A stretch of 64,000 nucleotides of DNA from Azolla caroliniana. Lineage: Eukaryota; Plantae; Polypodiophyta. Below, one piece after another: positions 61,600-64,000 of this stretch. Positions within the stretch are counted from its first letter, which is position 1. Each line of letters opens with the position of its first letter. The notes beneath the pieces were generated by a model, which worked only from the letters and a program-made list of their open reading frames with translations, did no database searches and was not told the origin of the DNA. A program made the position numbers and the translations under genes. The stretch covers positions 23,622,001-23,686,000 of the forward strand of contig JBHGNT010000001.1 of NCBI GenBank assembly GCA_043228905.1, read 5' to 3'.

Positions 61600-63190
61600 T
61601 TATGATGGCTCAGGGGATGATGATCAACGACAAGTTGAAAGCTCTCTTACTCATGAGCAATCTACCCCCTTCAGAGGAAACTTTCGTCACCACAATGTGT
61701 AATGCATGCTAAAGCCGTAAAGTACTTTGAGATTACAAGCTCAATTCTATCCGAAGATGCTCGGAGGAAGTCGTTTGTACACAAATTGGCTAGCGATGCT
61801 TATGTAGTACAAGGTTTGGTCGACCGACTAAACAGTCGAGAAAGAAGCTCTTCTCGACAACCGAATAATGCGAGACGTCAGGGCAAGTCTAGAGACATGA
61901 GAATCTACAACTATTGCAAGAAACCTAGACATATCAAGGTTGATTGTCGTGCCCACAAGGGAAGCCAGCATGAGGAGGTCAATTTTGTCGGCTCTTCAGT
62001 CGAAATCTTGTCCGACAACCCACATCCTGTTTCATCGAGAATTTGATCAAATAAGAAGTTTTGTATACGACCGAAGAGTCCACAATGTGACTTCTCGATT
62101 CGGGTGCATTGTATTATGTGACCCCTCATCGATCTCAATTCTGGCAATATTTGTCTTGGCATTCCAACTTAGTTCCAATAAGAAATTCTCAGCATTGCGA
62201 CATAATTGGCATCGATACAATGGAGCTTAACTGTCACGAACACACCAACCATGGATTCAGACGGAGCACAGATGGGGTTATGAGCGATGAGCCACAAACT
62301 TGGAACTAGAAATGACGAGGCTAGAAACTCGGGAAGTTGGGAGCAACGAGAAAAGGAACTTAAGACGCTAGGAATGACACGCTAGGAAAGAGATGAAAGA
62401 TCAAGGAGACAAGATGGAGTGAAATGAGACTATTGGATTGATGTGTCAATGACTGACTGTTGTTGAATACCTTGAAAGGGACCAAGGAGGTTACAAGTAT
62501 TTATACTATGAACTAAAGTACATGCATTAGAGTATTCTGGAGAATATTCTAGAACCCTCTAGAACCTTCTAGTTCTAGAACTTGTTGAGATATCAGTCCC
62601 TTCGGATGGGGACCGGTCGAGCCGGATCGGAAGATCAGGAGGAGGGAGCTATAGATCGGATGGAACCGGAAGGAGTTTGGCCAGATCTGGTATGAACCGT
62701 GAATAGAGACAAATTTGTAAATATGTTTCTTATGGGCCGTTGAGGCCACATTTCTAAATAGCCTGTAAGTTATATAACTATAAATATAACTAGGGAAAAT
62801 GGTTATTGGTGCAGTTGTTATCAGAGAGTGTGAGTTAGTTAGCTTTGTACAGAGAGAGAGAGAGAACAGAAGGTAGTCATTCTGTTGTAATCGCATGTTG
62901 GCGAAGACATAGAACTCTAGGTTGGTGCCTCTGAGTTCTCCATTTTGTATTCCTCTACTCTCATAGAGAGCAAAATTGGATCCGAAGTCCTGACCATGCA
63001 TATTCCTTAGATACGGAGATTATGAGTTTGGCTACCGAGTGTGGGACTTGGTCGACAAGAAGGTCTTCTGAAGTCGAGATATAATCTTCATGGAAGAGAA
63101 GAGCATTGCCGATTGGGAGTTGGAGAAGAAGACAACGGATTCCGGGTTAAACGATAGAGATCGGTTGAAGGATATAAGGACCCATCTAGC
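61600..63190 (+). mobile_element. Decayed copia gag/integrase remnants interrupted by an LTR-like insert (~62232-62997)
   Basis: KALLLMSNLP; YNYCKKPRHIKVDC; CIFLRYGDYEFGYRVWD..SRDIIF (62997-63090). Confidence 0.65.
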
Positions 63191-63193
63191 CGG

Positions 63194-64000
63194 TGTCGTG
63201 AAAATACGATGAGGATACGTGAACTTGAGGCAAGACCCCGGGGCCTCCGACTAGAGGATATCACATTCGTGTGTTTATATTTTTAACAATTAACGGAAAT
63301 AAGAAATTTAATAATTTTCATTAACAAAGGAAAATAAGTTACATCAAATGTCCGAACTTTGGCAATCTCATAGTGCTCTCGAGGCACGTGTCATTAGTTT
63401 ACAACATGATACTAATAGACCCGATGAGTGTCAGGGTGAACCATCATTTGTCGTAAAGCCATTTACAGGAGAAAAAAAGGAAAGAACAGAAGAAACAATC
63501 TGCACGTGGCTAGGCCGATGGGAGTCTCATTTTGAGCTTTATCCCAAGAACTAGGGGGTAAGGCCGCCACCTGGTGGCGTGGGGTCTGCACTTTCGGGAG
63601 ATTGCCCAATACCTGGACAAATTTGTCACAATTTTCAAGGGCCAATTTCTACAACCTCCATCTCGAACCTCTCTAGTATGTTCACCATGCTAGAACCCAA
63701 ATCCAAAAGTTGGGTCTAGAAGGGGACAATTGGTTGATAGCTTGTTTTGTCAATGGCATCCCCAATTCGGACTATCACTGGATAGTGCATGATAAGGATC
63801 CCAAATCCTTCGAAGAGGCCGTTGAAATAGTTATTCATTATCAACGCACTTCGAAGAAGGACCATAACAAACCCAACGAAGCGCCCGAGACTAAGTAGTC
63901 ACAATTCTTTGGGAAACACAAGACACCCAACGAATTCATCGATCACGATTGTAAGCGACAAAATCCTTTTTGCGTATTCTGCAAAAAGAAGGGTCATACA
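63194..64000 (+). mobile_element. Decayed Ty3/gypsy gag fragment running off the right edge
   Basis: KPFTGE..TWLGRWESHF..AATWW..TW..; FVNGIP..PKSFEEA; CVFCKKKGH knuckle at the window end. Confidence 0.7.

Overview
Eukaryotic, TE-dense plant nuclear DNA. The TE repertoire (Tcn1-like chromoviruses, tRNA-Trp-primed Ty3/gypsy, RTE/RTEX-type LINEs) suggests a non-seed plant such as a fern, lycophyte or bryophyte (inference). There is one host gene: a 10-exon MEKK-subfamily MAP3K on the minus strand (CDS 48409->22711, 2211 nt, 736 aa, all GT-AG junctions in phase), with introns swollen by TEs. The rest is nested, mostly decayed Ty3/gypsy, Ty1/copia, non-autonomous LTR elements, solo LTRs and LINE pieces. 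Best leads: (1) a conserved -1 frameshift cassette (GGAUUUU + 6-nt spacer + covarying H-type pseudoknot) placed AFTER the protease in two diverged gypsy elements; (2) a ~3-kb-arm copia inverted repeat inside MAP3K intron 8; (3) a tRNA-like A/B-box module at the outer U3 end of three LTRs; (4) a self-priming (non-tRNA) PBS; (5) a non-autonomous family with a collapsed RT and mosaic gag. No CRISPR, rRNA or functional tRNA genes were seen. All identities are visual estimates; no database search was run.
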